Assembly: GCA_045594085.1 (NCBI GenBank)
Contig: JAZNXW010000004.1
Span: forward strand, 91,448-155,447
Direction: 5' to 3'
Source of the DNA: Eubacteriales bacterium
Lineage (GTDB): Bacteria > Bacillota > Clostridia > Oscillospirales > CAG-272
Length of the DNA: 64,000 bases
Shown: positions 62,102 to 64,000 of the stretch, one piece after another
Position numbering within the stretch: the first letter of the stretch is position 1
Layout: the number at the start of each line of letters is the position of its first letter
Made by a program: the position numbers and the translations under genes
The notes under the pieces: model-generated
Seen by the model: the letters and a program-made list of their open reading frames with translations, nothing else
Databases searched by the model: none
Told to the model about the DNA's origin: nothing

Positions 62102-63103
62102 ATGAAAAAATGCGTTTTTGTCCTCGCGCTCCTTTTTGCGTTCGCGCTTTCGTCGTGTACGTATCCGTCCGCGCCGCAGACGAGAGTTTATTACGATTAC
62201 TTTGATACAGTCATAACGGTTACGGGCTGTGACGGCGATTTTGACGCAACCTGCGAAAAAATCGAGGAGATCCTGAAAAAATATCACGGACTTTGCGACA
62301 TTTACACGGACGGAGTGCTAAAGACGGTCAACGAAACGGCGGGGACAGCTCCCGTCACCGTGCCCGACGAGCTCTTTGATCTGCTTGTGTACGCAAAGGA
62401 TGCGCACGCGAAAACGAACGGCAAATGCAACGTCGCGTTCGGCGCGGTCACGTCTGTTTGGCACGAATACAGATCGCGCGCCCTCGACGGTGACGTTGCC
62501 GTTCCGTCAGCGGACGAGCTTCGTCTTGCGTCGGAGCACACGGATATTGACGATCTCGCGCTTGATCGCGAGAAAAAAACGGTTTATTTTCTTGATCCGG
62601 AGCTAAAGCTCGACCTCGGTGCGTTTGCCAAGGGATGGGTTGCAGACGTAATTGTAAATGAGCTGCGATCGCTCGGTAAGACGAACTATGCCGTCTCTGT
62701 CGGCGGCACTGTCACAGCGACGGGACCAAAGCCGAACGGTGACGGCTGGATGGTGGGCGTCGAGAACCCTTCGGACGGAGCGAGCATGTCGTATACGGCA
62801 AGGGTCAGCGTCGCGGACGGCTTTGCGCTCGCGACGAGCGGATCGTATCAACGCTATTATGAAGCGGACGGCGTTCGGTATCATCACATCATCGACACGG
62901 AGACGCTTATGCCCGAAAACGAGCTTCTGTCCGTAACGGTCGCGGCGCCTACGGCGGCGCTCGCGGACGTGCTTTCTACGGCGGTCTTCTGTATGTCGGT
63001 GGAGGACGGAAAAGCTCTCGCAGAAGAGCTTGGCGTTGAGCTTTTGTGGGTGCTTTCCGACGGAACGGTTATTATGACGGACGATTTTCCGAAAATGAAA
63101 TAA
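62102..63103 (+). CDS. apbE: FAD:protein FMN transferase (ApbE family) lipoprotein
   Basis: Lipobox LSSC and ApbE blocks (DLGAFAKGW, ATSGSYQRY, HHIIDTETL). Confidence 0.88.
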   Translation: MKKCVFVLALLFAFALSSCTYPSAPQTRVYYDYFDTVITVTGCDGDFDATCEKIEEILKKYHGLCDIYTDGVLKTVNETAGTAPVTVPDELFDLLVYAKDAHAKTNGKCNVAFGAVTSVWHEYRSRALDGDVAVPSADELRLASEHTDIDDLALDREKKTVYFLDPELKLDLGAFAKGWVADVIVNELRSLGKTNYAVSVGGTVTATGPKPNGDGWMVGVENPSDGASMSYTARVSVADGFALATSGSYQRYYEADGVRYHHIIDTETLMPENELLSVTVAAPTAALADVLSTAVFCMSVEDGKALAEELGVELLWVLSDGTVIMTDDFPKMK

Positions 63104-63133
63104 AAAAAGCAGAGCGTGGCTCTGCTTTTTTTA
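63103..63133. terminator. Bidirectional terminator between apbE and dpaB
   Basis: aaaaaaagcagagc-gtg-gctctgcttttttt between convergent genes. Confidence 0.8.
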
Positions 63134-63135
63134 TT

Positions 63136-63693
63136 TCACAAAAACAGCGGACGAAGCTGGCGTCCGTCAAACGCCGCGGCAAGCGCGTCGGGCAAAAATC
63201 TGAGGTCAGCGACGAGAGAATGAGGCTTGCGCACGACGTCGTCCTGCTTCATCGGAACAAAATACACGTTTTTTCTGACGAGAAGCGTGCCGATGTTGGA
63301 AAGATTTGCTCCCATTGCGTCGTTTGATGCGAGCGCGATGAGCAGTCTGCCTCCGTTTCGCAGATGAGCCTTTGCCGCCATAGTAACGGATGTGTCCGTG
63401 ATCGCGTTTGCGAGCTTTGCGAGAGTGTTGCCCGTGCACGGACTTATGACAAGCGCCTCAAGCGGCGTCTTGGGGCCGAGCGGCTCCGCATCCTTGACCG
63501 TCACGATCGGCTCACGTCCGCAGATCGCGGTAACCTTTTCGATGAGCGAGGCGGCTGTGCCGAATCTGGTGTCCGTCGATGCGGCGGCACCGCTCAGAAT
63601 CGGGCAGATATCATAGCTTCGTGCGAGCGATTCGAGCACGGAAAGAGAAGCGGCGTGAGTGCAAAATGAGCCGCAGATCGCATATCCTATCAT
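63136..63693 (-). CDS. dpaB: Dipicolinate synthase subunit B (SpoVFB)
   Basis: Trimmed to the ATG at 63693 (MIGYAICGSFCTHAA..., flavoprotein-like). ATGA overlap with the dpaA stop. Confidence 0.88.
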   Translation of the reverse strand: MIGYAICGSFCTHAASLSVLESLARSYDICPILSGAAASTDTRFGTAASLIEKVTAICGREPIVTVKDAEPLGPKTPLEALVISPCTGNTLAKLANAITDTSVTMAAKAHLRNGGRLLIALASNDAMGANLSNIGTLLVRKNVYFVPMKQDDVVRKPHSLVADLRFLPDALAAAFDGRQLRPLFL

Positions 63694-64000
63694 CTTGCGC
63701 CTCCCGAATACCGCATCCGTTCGGCTATTTCGTCTGCGATGATGCGCGCCGCCGACTCGGGCGCATATTTGCCCGGCAGGGACGTTGCACGGATGGCGTT
63801 GATGCCGAGTCTGCGCGCCTCGACAACGTCGATTCCGTAAGGAACGGAGGCGAGATCGATCACAAGCGTTTCCTCGGGGATCACGGAAAGACAGCAACCC
63901 GTCATAAACATAACGGGCACCGTGTTTACGATCGCGTCGTAGCCGGAGGCGAACTGCGCGAGACGCGTTCTGCCGTCCGTGAGGTCGGCGGAGCGGTGGC
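63690..64000 (-). CDS. dpaA: Dipicolinate synthase subunit A (SpoVFA), 3' portion; the gene continues beyond the window
   Basis: The frame is open from the window edge (...DAIVNTVPVMFMTG...DLASVPYGIDVVEARRLGINAIRATSLPGKYAPESAA). This is the C-terminal part of an NAD-binding dehydrogenase-like DpaA. Confidence 0.8.
   Translation of the reverse strand, partial: HRSADLTDGRTRLAQFASGYDAIVNTVPVMFMTGCCLSVIPEETLVIDLASVPYGIDVVEARRLGINAIRATSLPGKYAPESAARIIADEIAERMRYSGGAR

Noticed and set aside
9055-63133. Whether the repeated GCACC...GGTGC hairpins could be a CRISPR-like or other regular repeat array.
   Set aside because: The copies are kilobases apart, always sit at gene 3' ends and are flanked by A and T runs. 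There are no regularly spaced repeats, no spacers and no cas genes. They are intrinsic terminators.

Overview
This is a 64-kb chromosomal segment with about 64 protein-coding genes. It most likely comes from an endospore-forming Firmicute (Clostridia-type). Gene content and order point that way, and GC looks mid-to-high by eye (not computed). I saw no rRNA, tRNA, CRISPR array, transposase or integrase.

The content is mostly core housekeeping arranged in classic Firmicute modules:
- yycJ-like MBL hydrolase followed by rlmH
- rny-ymdB
- tilS-hpt-ftsH
- pyrR-uracil permease, with a PyrR-type leader
- queA-miaA
- a ylmE(yggS)-sepF-yggT-ylmH-divIVA-ileS-lspA-rluD cluster, collinear with Bacillus subtilis

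Sporulation loci are scattered through the window: spoVAD-spoVAE, cotJABC, an abrB-like gene, and dpaB plus a partial dpaA. There are also carbohydrate genes (GH2, GH43, an SGNH esterase, araD, a galactokinase-like kinase) and cell-envelope genes (a GT4-CsaB fusion, LCP, ApbE, MscS).

All functional calls rest on motifs and architectures I recognise in the supplied translations, on RBS and start-codon inspection, and on synteny. No database search was run. Many long ORFs in the track are antisense shadows of real genes and were rejected.

No obvious defence or mobile system is present. The items most worth a second look are:
1. A single 771-aa ORF that fuses a PuuR-like HTH-cupin regulator to a complete acyl-CoA synthetase, transcribed divergently from a GH43 gene.
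2. An AT-rich two-gene cassette with its own promoter and terminator, bracketed by 54-bp direct repeats that duplicate the tepA/pduL intergenic region.
3. A GT4 glycosyltransferase fused to a CsaB pyruvyl transferase.
4. A structured, non-coding, GC-rich gap of about 0.5 kb between pduL and spoVAE.
5. A zinc-ribbon membrane protein built from 18-bp and 21-bp in-frame tandem repeats.
6. A family of near-identical terminator hairpins reused across the window.
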